A stretch of DNA of 64,000 nt, taken from a virus. The stretch is from positions 12,847 through 76,846 of IMG/VR virus record IMGVR_UViG_3300033150_002805, one strand, 5' to 3'. The notes under the pieces are model-generated. The model did not search any database. It was not told the origin of the DNA and saw nothing but the letters and a program-made list of their open reading frames with translations. How positions within the stretch are numbered: position 1 is the stretch's first letter; every line of letters starts with the position of its first letter. Position numbers and translations under genes: made by a program. Below, one piece after another: positions 1 to 10,300 of this stretch.

Positions 1-464
1 TGTTTCTCTCTTATTTTTCTATTTACCCTTTTTATTTCTTCAAAACTTCTACCCGTGATTATTGGAGCATCCTTTTCTGGTTTAATACCCGCTGTGATTA
101 CTCCATCATAATCATAGGCCCTTCTTAACTGAACTTTTCCCGATTGTTCTTTTCTATAAGAATCTGAATCTTCATGATGAGAAGAGAACTCTACAATTTG
201 AGCATCTGTTAATCCAGTAAATCTGTGTAATACTCTGGGTTTGATATGAACCGAATCTTTTGGTTTCATTATCCATTTTTTTCTTTCTACTTCCATTAGA
301 ACTTTACCACGAATAAGATAGAACGTTTCATCTTTTTTCTTATGATAATGAAGACTACAACGAAAACCCCTCTTCAATTTTAAGAGCTTTCCACAATAAT
401 CTTTCTGATTTTGAATCCAAATTTCTTCTCCCCAAATTTTTGAAACTTTTTTAATTTTATTCAT
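1..464 (-). CDS. Cupin (sugar-phosphate isomerase-like) domain fused to a probable HAD domain; runs off the window edge and is absent from the ORF track
   Basis: Manual translation from ATG at 464: MNKIKKVSKIWGEEIWIQNQKDYCGKLLKLKRGFRCSLHYHKKKDETFY...HRFTG...EFSSHHEDSDSYR, then AYDYDGVIT (DxD HAD motif I). The start overlaps the hldA stop (ATGAATAA). Confidence 0.75.
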   Translation of the reverse strand, partial: MNKIKKVSKIWGEEIWIQNQKDYCGKLLKLKRGFRCSLHYHKKKDETFYLIRGKVLMEVERKKWIMKPKDSVHIKPRVLHRFTGLTDAQIVEFSSHHEDSDSYRKEQSGKVQLRRAYDYDGVITAGIKPEKDAPIITGRSFEEIKRVNRKIREK

Positions 465-1236
465 GAATTAATTCTTTTAAAGAAACAACAGAAGTTCCGA
501 ATCGAGAAACAACAATTCCAGCAGCCTTATTAGCAAGTTTCATCATACTCTCAGGATTAGTAATTCCAACAGACAAACAATAAATTAAGACTGCCATTAC
601 TGTATCACCAGCACCCGTAACATCAATAACTTCCTTAGATATAACAGGAACATTCATTCTAAATTTTCCGTTTTCATAGTAATTTATTCCATTCTTACCT
701 TGGGTAATAAAAGCTTGAGGAAAATTCACATTATAAGCTTCCTCGTATTCCTTCCGATTAATTTTCAAAATCTGTGAACCTTTGAAAACTGATAAATCTT
801 TCTTTTTAGTATCAACTATAGTTGCTTTTCCACCATTAACAATTCCCTTATTATAATCAACAAAAGCTATCAAATCAAATTCAGAAGAGGGATATTCCAA
901 TCTTTCTAAATCTTGAGTTCGATAAACTTGGGGTTCATCGACTCTTAAAAGTTGTTGATTCTGAGCAACAAACCTTGTCTTAACCAAGGAAACACAATTC
1001 TTAGGAGTTCTAACTTCGAAGGAAAAATTTTTCAAAAAATTTTTATCTACTATTGTAAATACTACAGGCTGAATGCCCAAAGAGGATAAATTTTTTGCCA
1101 CGTTCAAAGCACCTCCCAAACGAATTTCTGTCTTTTTGATATCCAGAACTGGAACTGGAGCTTCAGGAGAAATTCTATCAACTTCTCCAAAACAATATTT
1201 ATCCAAAAAACTATCACCAACTATTGCAACTTTCAT
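457..1236 (-). CDS. hldA: D-glycero-D-manno-heptose-7-phosphate kinase-like (RfaE/HldE domain I, PfkB family)
   Basis: VGDSFLDKY, RISPEAPVPV, GGALNVA, KTRFVAQNQQLLRVD and DVTGAGDT motifs. Confidence 0.88.
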   Translation of the reverse strand: MKVAIVGDSFLDKYCFGEVDRISPEAPVPVLDIKKTEIRLGGALNVAKNLSSLGIQPVVFTIVDKNFLKNFSFEVRTPKNCVSLVKTRFVAQNQQLLRVDEPQVYRTQDLERLEYPSSEFDLIAFVDYNKGIVNGGKATIVDTKKKDLSVFKGSQILKINRKEYEEAYNVNFPQAFITQGKNGINYYENGKFRMNVPVISKEVIDVTGAGDTVMAVLIYCLSVGITNPESMMKLANKAAGIVVSRFGTSVVSLKELIHE

Positions 1237-2282
1237 GACAAATATCCTTTATTTTTAAACAAATCCTCTTTTTCAAAAGAACGACCCTTTATTTTTTTTA
1301 ACAACCGAGTTGTTGAATAGTTTGCTAATCTTGGAATAATCACTACCTTTCCACCATAATCTCTTACAAAATCATGTCCTATTACTGTTCGTTTAGTGTA
1401 ATCACCTCCTTTTACTAATACATCGGGTTTGATTCGTTTTATCAGACGTAAAGGATTACTTTCATTAAAAATCTCGACTTTATCAACATATTTTAAGGAC
1501 TCAAGAATTTTCTTTCGTTCTTCTTGATTATTTATCGGTTTTCGTTTTATTCTTGTTGCTGATGTATCAGAATTAAGACCAACTATCAAAATATCTCCTA
1601 ATTTTTTTGCTTCTTTCAACAAATAGATATGTCCCAAGGTTAATAAATCATAAACTCCATTTGTGAATACCACTAATTCTTTTTTATATACTGCACTATA
1701 AATATCTTTTCTTATTCCGCATTCAACTTCTGGATAACCAGATTTAATAAGTTTGAAACCTCTAGCTTCAAAGAATAAATTCAAACTTTCCTTTGTAAAA
1801 TAATGAAGATGTTCTCCAGTATCAAACTTAAAATGTTTCCAACCTCTTAATTTTTTTCCATCTGGAAGGATAGGTAAAGAAATGTAAACATAACGAGTCT
1901 TCTTAAATATCTTATCCAAAACTCTAAAATCTGGAATATGTTCCAAAACATCGCAAAAAAAGATTAGGTCATAAGATGTATGCCTAATCCCAGTATATTT
2001 TATTGGAAATTCACCAATATCAAAAGAATCAACTAAAACCCCTTTAGGAGAGAATTTAGTCAAAAAGTTGGCTCCTGCTCCATAATCCAAAACGATCTTT
2101 GGTTTCAACTCTTTAACAAAATTCCAGCGAACTTTATTTAGTTTTTTCGCTGTTTTCTCGTAATCTTTTGAAATTGTTTTCCAATATTCTTTATTATATC
2201 GAAACAAATTTTTCTCTTTTTCCATGGTGGGAATCTCTTTTAAGGTTAGAGAATCTCGGAAAGGTCTAATTCTCCAACCCAC
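1233..2282 (-). CDS. Class I SAM methyltransferase fused to heptose-1-phosphate adenylyltransferase (RfaE domain II/HldC); real start probably 2224
   Basis: N-terminal VLDYGAG and DVLEH; C-terminal FTNGVYDLLTLGH, GLNSD and KGGDY. Confidence 0.82.
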   Translation of the reverse strand: MGWRIRPFRDSLTLKEIPTMEKEKNLFRYNKEYWKTISKDYEKTAKKLNKVRWNFVKELKPKIVLDYGAGANFLTKFSPKGVLVDSFDIGEFPIKYTGIRHTSYDLIFFCDVLEHIPDFRVLDKIFKKTRYVYISLPILPDGKKLRGWKHFKFDTGEHLHYFTKESLNLFFEARGFKLIKSGYPEVECGIRKDIYSAVYKKELVVFTNGVYDLLTLGHIYLLKEAKKLGDILIVGLNSDTSATRIKRKPINNQEERKKILESLKYVDKVEIFNESNPLRLIKRIKPDVLVKGGDYTKRTVIGHDFVRDYGGKVVIIPRLANYSTTRLLKKIKGRSFEKEDLFKNKGYLS

Positions 2283-2400
2283 TTTCTTCTTTTTTTAATT
2301 CCTTGAGACCTTTCCATTTCATTGAGTTCAACGAATCTAACAAAGATAGATTCTCCCCCAATGAAAGACTCAAGGATGCTTAATCTATTGACTTTGAGAA

Positions 2401-4299
2401 TTACCAATCAGAACTTCCAGCGTATGCATACTGCCACATTCCAAAACCAGCATTTCCTCGCCAACTCACACCGAAATATATTTTCTTTCTCATGAAATCT
2501 TCCCAGGTATTTCCAGCATGAGTTTCAAATGTGATATCTTTTCTTAATTGTAGGATAATTGGTTTTACTATTCCATTGGTATCCATCACACACCAGAAGT
2601 TAGTTGGCACACGAGAAGTAACATATAAATCTAACAATCCTTTCATCACATTCGTTGCAAGTTTTGTACCTGATACCTCAGTTGGGAAATATTGACTATT
2701 CAAGATTTCTCTCGCCAAGAACATGTTATTAGGATGAACTACTAACAAGTTTGGCCTGATATCCATTTCATTTCCTTTATCATCTACATATTGCATCATT
2801 GTCTGAATAGCAGTCTGCAAAGCACTAAAACTGAAAGCTGTACCTGTTGCTATATTGGATTGAATTCCTGAACTACCAGATGAATGAGATGCTGAGAAGA
2901 AGGGCTGACCATCATAACAAGTGATATCCTTTCCCTCAAATAATCCAGTACCAGTAGATAAATTACCTTGACCCAAAAGGGTATAAACCAATCTACCCCA
3001 GAATCTTTTTGCCTTATCAGCTAAATCTCGAACTCTAATATTAATCTGCCCATAAAGCTCATCTTCCAATGCATCTTTATCAACTGCTATAGTGCTTTCC
3101 CAACTGTAGTTCTTGATGCTGAAATTGTGTTCGAGTAAAGCTTCAGGAACTCGTTCATCCTTCCATTCTTTTAGTTCAGGGACTCCACCTCTATTAACCT
3201 TTTATATTTCTATAAAAGCTAGACCATCTCATCCACTAAAAGTGGTCTGACGTATGGCCGTTGAGGATCTTCAATCTCTGATAATCTAAGATATCTAAAT
3301 CAGAATACGGTCTTGAATTTGATAAGGATAAACGCCTTTCACAAAAATCTTTTATGATAGCGATTTTCCCATTTAAATCAATAGTTTCAAATCTTTTACA
3401 AAATTTAAAACATCTTTTAAGACCTAATATACTTATAACATATTTTGGTTTATTCCGATTTTTATCAAATCGCTGGATATGATGAGGAATTTTTTTATTT
3501 TCAAAGAATCTTTGAATTGAATTTTTCCCAGTTTGAGAAGTAGTAAAGAATCTAATTCTAGGAATATACTTTGTTCGTTCACCCTTATAATTTCTTTTGA
3601 TTATAGTAGCACTACCATCTCCTTCCCAAAATCCCATCAACCAATATTTATCAATTTTCATTGTTGAAATCTTCTCTTTTTCTAAACTTGATTGAAAAGA
3701 TTCTTTATAATTTTGGCGAAGCTTTGGTTCTATTTTGAGACTCTCTTTTATAATCTCAGATTGATATTTTTTGATAACTAATTTGGGATTAATCAATTTA
3801 AGCCATCTGGAAACCTGTGGATCTCCTTTGATAAAAATAGAAGTTTGAATTCTATACCAAGATTTTCGTTTTCTAATCGTAAGATGAAATTTAATCTCAT
3901 TCAACTTAAGAAAATTGATATAACAATCAATAATCTTGGAATTAGTATTCACAAATCCTATTATCGGATTCCAATATTTTCTTTTCTGTTTCTCAAAAGT
4001 AAACCAACCTTCGGCATCAAATAATCCAGCGATATAAGATTGAATTTCCTGCTGATTGCCCGTTAAAATATCTTTCATATATTACCTAATTAGTTATGAA
4101 AGCTTTAGGGTTTTCCAGCATTTAGTCAGATTTTTCATGGTCAGGTGGTTTCTAACCATGCATATGGTTCAACGGATTTCCCTGATCTAATTAAAGTAGC
4201 AACTCTTTCCCATTCAGGAACGGTCATTTTCAGTTGTTTCATAAACTCCTTTCTCATTCCCGCAAGCAATAGATTAGGTATATCTGTTTTTGTTAACAT
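2401..4299 (-). CDS. Major capsid protein (Mu gpT-like), two exons 4154-4299 and 2401-3190, 311 aa after splicing
   Basis: Exon 1 MLTKTDIPNLLLAG...EPYAW joins exon 2 to give YAWLGGVPELKEW...NYSWESTIAVD...YDGQPFFSASH...GFGMWQYAY. 146+790=936 nt, in frame. Confidence 0.88.
3191..4153 (-). ncRNA. Group I self-splicing intron (963 nt) in the major capsid gene
   Basis: Exon 1 ends in U and the intron ends in G. The IGS CCACCUGACCAUG pairs with exon 1 CAUGGUU (U-G at the splice site) and with exon 2 AGGUGG (P10). Core elements: P AAAUGCUGGAAA, Q AAUCAGCAGG, R CUCAACGGCCAU, S GAUGAGAUGGUC. Confidence 0.9.
3236..4078 (-). CDS. Intron-encoded double-motif LAGLIDADG homing endonuclease
   Basis: YIAGLFDAEG and WLMGFWEGDG motifs; lies inside the intron. 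Confidence 0.9.
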   Translation of the reverse strand: MKDILTGNQQEIQSYIAGLFDAEGWFTFEKQKRKYWNPIIGFVNTNSKIIDCYINFLKLNEIKFHLTIRKRKSWYRIQTSIFIKGDPQVSRWLKLINPKLVIKKYQSEIIKESLKIEPKLRQNYKESFQSSLEKEKISTMKIDKYWLMGFWEGDGSATIIKRNYKGERTKYIPRIRFFTTSQTGKNSIQRFFENKKIPHHIQRFDKNRNKPKYVISILGLKRCFKFCKRFETIDLNGKIAIIKDFCERRLSLSNSRPYSDLDILDYQRLKILNGHTSDHF

Positions 4300-4305
4300 A
4301 GTTTA

Positions 4306-4833
4306 TTATCCACTCGAACAACTTGAACTGCAACTTGAGCTTGAACTCTCACTAGAACTAGACGAGCAAGAACTTGAAGAACTCCAAGATTCCTCTGTCC
4401 AAGTAGTTGAAGTAGCACAACAAATATCAACTTTTACTAAAGTAGAACTGATATAACCAACTACTACACCTACAAGTACTCCATTAGTAACTTGCTGTCT
4501 AAGTCCAACGGTATTATCATCAACTACAAATACCTGATGACCAACCCAAGATTGAGTAGCTCCAGAACATGGAAGCTGAAATACTCCGTTTCGGAATACT
4601 CTTACTCCTCTGGCTCCATCTGAGTCGGTATCTACGTCATCAGATAAAGAACGCTCAACAGCAATCCCAGCAAAAGTATAGCCAGCACTATCCGTTGCAG
4701 CATACAAATAACCATTGCTATTATTAGTAGTCACAATCGCTCCTTTATAAATATCTTCACCATTCTTAATCGGATAGTAGATTATATGTCCATCTTGACG
4801 TTTGTCTTCAAAGTCATCACTGAGTGCCATCAA
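4306..4833 (-). CDS. Capsid decoration/cement-like protein with a C-terminal Ser/Cys-rich tail
   Basis: Located between scaffold and MCP; IYKGAIV...FAGIAVE...GVF...VFVVDDNTV pattern; ends SWSSSSSCSSSSSESSSSSCSSSCSSG. Confidence 0.7.
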   Translation of the reverse strand: MMALSDDFEDKRQDGHIIYYPIKNGEDIYKGAIVTTNNSNGYLYAATDSAGYTFAGIAVERSLSDDVDTDSDGARGVRVFRNGVFQLPCSGATQSWVGHQVFVVDDNTVGLRQQVTNGVLVGVVVGYISSTLVKVDICCATSTTWTEESWSSSSSCSSSSSESSSSSCSSSCSSG

Positions 4834-4852
4834 TTATTAATTTGTTAATGAA

Positions 4853-7387
4853 TTAAAATGGAGTTGATTTTTCTTCCCTTTTTCCTTCTTTCTCTTTTTT
4901 AAATTCCTTATAAGCTTCTTTTTGAATATCTTCACTCAAACCCATTTTATCCATCTCTTCTTTTATTTCATCGGGAATTTTTTCTTCTTTCTTCTTATCT
5001 TCTTCTATAGTTCCGAATTCTTCTAAAGAGAAAACGGGACTTCTAGACTTCAAATACCTTTTTAAGGCTACATGGAGGTCGACCTTCCTTCCATCAGCTA
5101 ACTCAATTGGAGTATTTGAAGCTAAAAGAGGAAGTAGAAGTTCTTTTTCAACGGGAGTTACTTTCCCCTGTCTCAAAAGAGCTTCAAATGTCTTTTCAGC
5201 TTCGGCTAACTCAACTCCTTCTTTAGCCTTAGCTTCTTCGGATTCTTCTTCAGTTTTGGTCTCTTCAGTTTCAGTCTCTTCAGTTTTCACTTCCTCTTCT
5301 CCCTCGGTTTCCTCACCGACTTCTGAAGACTCAGTTTCTTCTGAAGTTTCTTCTGCTGAAGTTTCCTCTACCGAAGTTCTTTCCGAAGTATTTTCATCTT
5401 CATTTAATCTTATTTTCTTTTCAATTTTTTCTATTTTTTTTGTAATTTCATCAAGAGTTAAGGGTGGTTCTGCATTCACTATTGGAATTACCAGACTATC
5501 TTCAAATTCTTCTGATAAGGGAACAAAATTTCCTAATCCTTTAATGTAGGGTTCATTTACCAAGGCTGCATGAAATAAGGTTGGACCGACTTGTTCACCA
5601 GTATCTTTTTTAAGGTAATTTTCTACAAAGCTAGCAGAAATACCTTTAATAAGTCCTTTCTTGATTTTCTCAGCGATACTATCATCCTTAACATCAACCG
5701 TTGCTATCAGTTTATCTCCACCTTTAGATAATTCCAAATCAACTAATTCTCCGACATTCTTTGAAGGATCATCACCTGCTGGGTGCCCCAATGGAACAAA
5801 GACATTATCAATAACCTTATTTTTAAAATTCTTAAGCAATTTCTTCAATGTTTCTTTAGTTATTTTTAATATACCATCTCTTCCAGCTCCATGAAACCAA
5901 GTTCCTTCTCGTAACAATTCTTTTTTGAATTTGGTTCCTTCGCTTAATCGAATATCACCCGAATTGAAAACTTGATAAACTAATTTTTCATTTTCTGATA
6001 AGTTCTTCTTCTCTGGATAAGGGTAAGCTAAAGGTTGACCTACTCTTCTTAATTTATCAATCATAGTTCTGATTTTCTTAAGTTCAGTTAGTATCTTTTT
6101 ATCAGTTACCTTTTTGATCAATTCATCCAAAGAATCTTTGATTATGTCAATTGCTCCACCATCCTTCTTGATTCCTTTTGGATAACGATAAGGATAACCA
6201 TAAGGATAGCCGTAGGGATAACCATAGGGATAACCATAAGGATAGCCATAAGGATAGCCGTAGGGATACTTCCTATTTCTTTTTAATTTCTTCTCTACCT
6301 CTTTTGATTTCTCTTCTCCTTTCACTTTTCCTTTACAAATTTTCGCAGCCTCTTTAAAAGGAGTTCCTTTTTTCAACTCTTCTTTCATACAATCAGTATA
6401 AGCAGATTTTTCAAACTGCATTATTTTACCAGACTTTTTGACTTTTTTGCTACAGATTTTTGCTGCTTCCTTAAACGGAGTTCCTTTTTTGAGCTCTTTT
6501 TTCATACACTGAGTATAAGCTGATTTCTCAACATAAACTGGTTCAGCTAACTCTCTTTCTGTTCCTTCCTCCTCTTCATCTTCTTTATCATCATCGACTT
6601 CTTTCTCCTTTTCTTCTGGTTCTTCGGTTTCTTCCTCTTTTTCTTCCTCTTCTTCATCATTAGTTTCTTCCTCTTTCTCGGTTTCCTCTTCATCAGTTTT
6701 TTCATCAGTTTCCTCATCTTCTTCAGTTTCTATTTCATCAGTTTCTTCATCTATTTCATTTTTTTCTTCTGTTTCTTCCTCTTCCATCTCTTCAGTTTCC
6801 TCTTCGACTTCTTCTGGATTTCCTTCTTCAACCTCACTTAACTCTTCAAAATCTTCTTTTAAATTTTTCTCCATAATTTTTTCAGCCATATCAATGGCCT
6901 TTTTAATATACCATCGAATGACTTTAGCTTCTGGATTTGCACCTTGAGGTACCAATGAAACTTCCTCAATGCACAAATCCTTAATTAATCTTAACTTCAA
7001 ATCAGGAAATAGTTCGACCTTTTCACCATAATTCACTTGTCCTTTTACTGACAAGGAATTGAGTTCTCCTGACTTGACTTTTTCAATTATTGAAGGTTTT
7101 GATATTTCAACCTTAATCCAAATTCTACCTTTATCAAAATGACAATCGAGAACTTTTCCGATTATCTCCTTGGTATGATTCAAACAAAACTTTCCATTTC
7201 TTTTAAAATCTTCAACGCATTTTTTCAAAGCAAAATCTGTAATTATATCATTTTGTAAATCAAAATCATTCGCTGCTGCAAATCCTTCAAGAATAAATTT
7301 TCCTCCTTTTTCTTCTCTTTCATTTAGAAAAAGTGGAAAATTAAATTCTATTCTTGGATAATACAATAATTTATTCATAAGGGTCAA
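4853..7387 (-). CDS. Prohead protease/scaffold: HK97-type protease domain, acidic linker, YPYG repeats, Mu I-like protease/scaffold domain
   Basis: LEGFAA..DLQNDII..LNH..LSVKG..EEVSLV..GANPEA; second domain LGHP..KGISASF..LFHAALVNEPYIKGL. Confidence 0.8.
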   Translation of the reverse strand: MTLMNKLLYYPRIEFNFPLFLNEREEKGGKFILEGFAAANDFDLQNDIITDFALKKCVEDFKRNGKFCLNHTKEIIGKVLDCHFDKGRIWIKVEISKPSIIEKVKSGELNSLSVKGQVNYGEKVELFPDLKLRLIKDLCIEEVSLVPQGANPEAKVIRWYIKKAIDMAEKIMEKNLKEDFEELSEVEEGNPEEVEEETEEMEEEETEEKNEIDEETDEIETEEDEETDEKTDEEETEKEEETNDEEEEEKEEETEEPEEKEKEVDDDKEDEEEEGTERELAEPVYVEKSAYTQCMKKELKKGTPFKEAAKICSKKVKKSGKIMQFEKSAYTDCMKEELKKGTPFKEAAKICKGKVKGEEKSKEVEKKLKRNRKYPYGYPYGYPYGYPYGYPYGYPYGYPYRYPKGIKKDGGAIDIIKDSLDELIKKVTDKKILTELKKIRTMIDKLRRVGQPLAYPYPEKKNLSENEKLVYQVFNSGDIRLSEGTKFKKELLREGTWFHGAGRDGILKITKETLKKLLKNFKNKVIDNVFVPLGHPAGDDPSKNVGELVDLELSKGGDKLIATVDVKDDSIAEKIKKGLIKGISASFVENYLKKDTGEQVGPTLFHAALVNEPYIKGLGNFVPLSEEFEDSLVIPIVNAEPPLTLDEITKKIEKIEKKIRLNEDENTSERTSVEETSAEETSEETESSEVGEETEGEEEVKTEETETEETKTEEESEEAKAKEGVELAEAEKTFEALLRQGKVTPVEKELLLPLLASNTPIELADGRKVDLHVALKRYLKSRSPVFSLEEFGTIEEDKKKEEKIPDEIKEEMDKMGLSEDIQKEAYKEFKKEKEGKREEKSTPF
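6182..6269 (-). repeat. 12-nt tandem repeat encoding (YPYG)n
   Basis: Repeated ggataaccata/ggatagccgta units; the protein reads KYPYGYPYGYPYGYPYGYPYGYPYGYPYRYP. Confidence 0.9.
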
Positions 7388-7391
7388 GAGT

Positions 7392-10300
7392 TTATTTTGG
7401 TCTAGGCAATTTGGTCTCTTTGAAAACCCAAAAATTGCTTGTGTTTTCTCTTTCCAAGACCCATAAACCTTTTAATTTTTCGCCTTTAAACTCAAATTTT
7501 TTAAAAGAATCAGAGTCTTCATAAACAACTGCCTTTCCTTTGTCTATTATCTTAATATATGAACTCGTAGCTTTCGTAGGATTGGCATCCTCTATTCCTG
7601 GAGGCAATTTTGCCAATTCTTCCTTTGACATCTTTGCCCTTTCATTCTTTGGTGGCAAATACTGAGAAACTTCCATCCATTCTTTATATTTACAGGGTTT
7701 CCAAAGAGCGGTTACTTCCTTATTCTTCAAGGGATTCTGATTAAGAACAAAATGCATCAAGCCTGGCTGATCGGGGAAATTAAATCTTAGATCCCAATGT
7801 TCTCTAGAGACTCCCGCCCTAATAACCCTTTGCCCCCGCCACCAATGTCGTTGCAAAACAAAGGGAACTATCCTTATCTTCTTAACCTGTAAAAGTTCAA
7901 TCATAATCATTTTCATATCATTAGGCCGTTTTTCCAACCAAGTTATGGCATCTTTCAACCATTCTTTCTTAAATGGATGAAGTTCTTTAAACTCTTGGAG
8001 TGCTTTCTCAACCCTTTTGACTTTTTCTGGATAAGGAGTTCGAAGCCAGAAAGTTAAAATCTGCTGGGACAAAATATAGCGATAAGCAGCTTTTGCCCAA
8101 TTTGCACCTGGGTTCAATTTTTTCTCAACGAGAACTTTTCCAAGTTTCTCAACCAATTTATCTCGCACCTCTATTCTTTTTTTCTCATCATCGAATTTCC
8201 AATATTGAAATTCTTTAGGAACTTTTTTTCTTATCTTTTCTGGTAAAGCAGAAACTTCTTTTGGAGGAATCCATTTCTTATCAACAGCCGCATCTGAGAT
8301 CACATAAGGAGTTTCATCTAACGGCTTAACGAGGAACCACGGTGCCTCTTCCCTAAATTTTGTTTCCCTTGCTGGAGGTATGACTTCTTGTTTTTCTATT
8401 TTGCCTCGAAATTCAGCAGGTCTTAGTTGTCTGAAAAACCATCTGCCCTTAAGTTTACCGCCAGAAAAGAAATACTCATGAAAATAAGGTTTTTGAGCAC
8501 CATATTGGCAATAACCTTTATCAATAATATGGAAAACTCCTGGTGCCGTTTTTGTTGCCCCTGGTGAACCCACTGGAACTATCCCTTCGACATTCAACCA
8601 CTCAATAGGCTCAGCACTTTTCCGCATCGCAGCCAATTCAGCATATTTTTTCTTATACCCAGGTTTAATCCCAGGTCTTAACTTTGGCACTCCTTTTTTC
8701 CAGTCAATTTTCCAAATATCTTTCGAATCTAGTTCTTTTGCTTGTTTCATTGTAGTCACTGGTTCTTTAATCGCTCCCTTCACCATATCTGCAATAGTCC
8801 AACCCAACAAATAATTATTCTGTTTAATTCGAAGATCACTATGACAAGACTTTAATCTATAATGATGCTGAATAACATAAGGATATTTCTTTTCCACTTT
8901 CGGGTATTCCATATATGGATCGTGTTGTTTCTCAACTAATTCTTTAGACACTTTCTCATAAAGTTTCTTTGACCATTTTTTCATCTTTTGAGGTTCAAAT
9001 TCATGTTTCATCCGTTTCTCCTTCACCCTCTTTTTTATTTCGTTATAAATAATCCTTGCTAAACTAATAACCTGTTTCTCTGTGTATTTGAATTTGTTTC
9101 CTTCTTTGATTCTAGAATACCAAGCATTCACTATTCGCCAATCATCGGCTAATTGCTTATTATTCGGTATCTTGGGATTATATTTGATGTCCTTGATTTT
9201 TTCTAACTCAGAAAGATAAATAATCTTTCCTTCTTTCGTAATCTCCTTCTCCTGTAAACAATAATTCTTCTTTGCTCGCTCAATCGCTTCCTTAACTGTA
9301 TCGGCTTTCCTATTTACCTTACGCATCACTCTTGGTGCCCAAAGACTTATTCTCCAAGTATCATCTTTCAAATCATGTTCGACATTCAGAGTTTCACCCT
9401 CAATCTCTAGAACATCACCCTTATCAGCTTTTAAGGAAGTAGAGAAAGTTCTACCAGAACGATGATAGAAAACATTGCCAAGCTCTTCTGTTTTCATTTT
9501 ATATTTGCCAGGTTCTAAACCGAAATAATAGTTATATACCCCTTTCACTTTAGTCTCTTTAATATCAAGAACTTTGCCATAAATTGCTGTTGAATTGTGA
9601 AATTTTACCATTCCACTCCGTATACCTTTGAGATTGAATTTGAAGTCTTTTGTCTTGCAAACATTGCCTTCTGAACCTGGTAGACGCCTTAAAAACTCTG
9701 TATGCTTTCTTAATTTCTCTCTGTTCTTCGAAAGAAGATAAGGAGCAAAATTCAATTTTATCTTAATATTTGGGATTTTCCAAGTTCTTTGTTTGAAGGG
9801 CAAAGATTCAAGTAATTTCAATCTTTTTTCAAAAGGTTCATTATGAATATCAACTTTGAAATAGGGCATATCATAAACATTAGCAACGACATGAGAATCA
9901 TCAGGTATTCCTTTCTGATGAATATAACCAGCAATTACTTCTCTTGGTTTATGGTCATTATCTTCCCACCATTCCAATTCAGCCATCAATACACAATCTT
10001 CTTTAGTTAACTGTTTTACTTCTTTAACCAAAGTTGGTAGCCTATGAGTTATTACTTCACCATCTTCTGAAAAGATTTTCACTTCTTCTCCTTTTTTATG
10101 AATTTCTGCATTAAACCCATCATACTTCTTGGTCGAATAGAAAGGATATTTCCCCATATTCTCCATAACTTCTATGAACAAATCAATACTTTGTCGTTTT
10201 TCTGGATAATATCCTCTGGTTGGTTTTAGGGGCAAGAAAAATCTGAATAATTTTATCTTGTCTTCTCTTGCTGAAACCTCAGCATCCTTGATTGCTGAAG

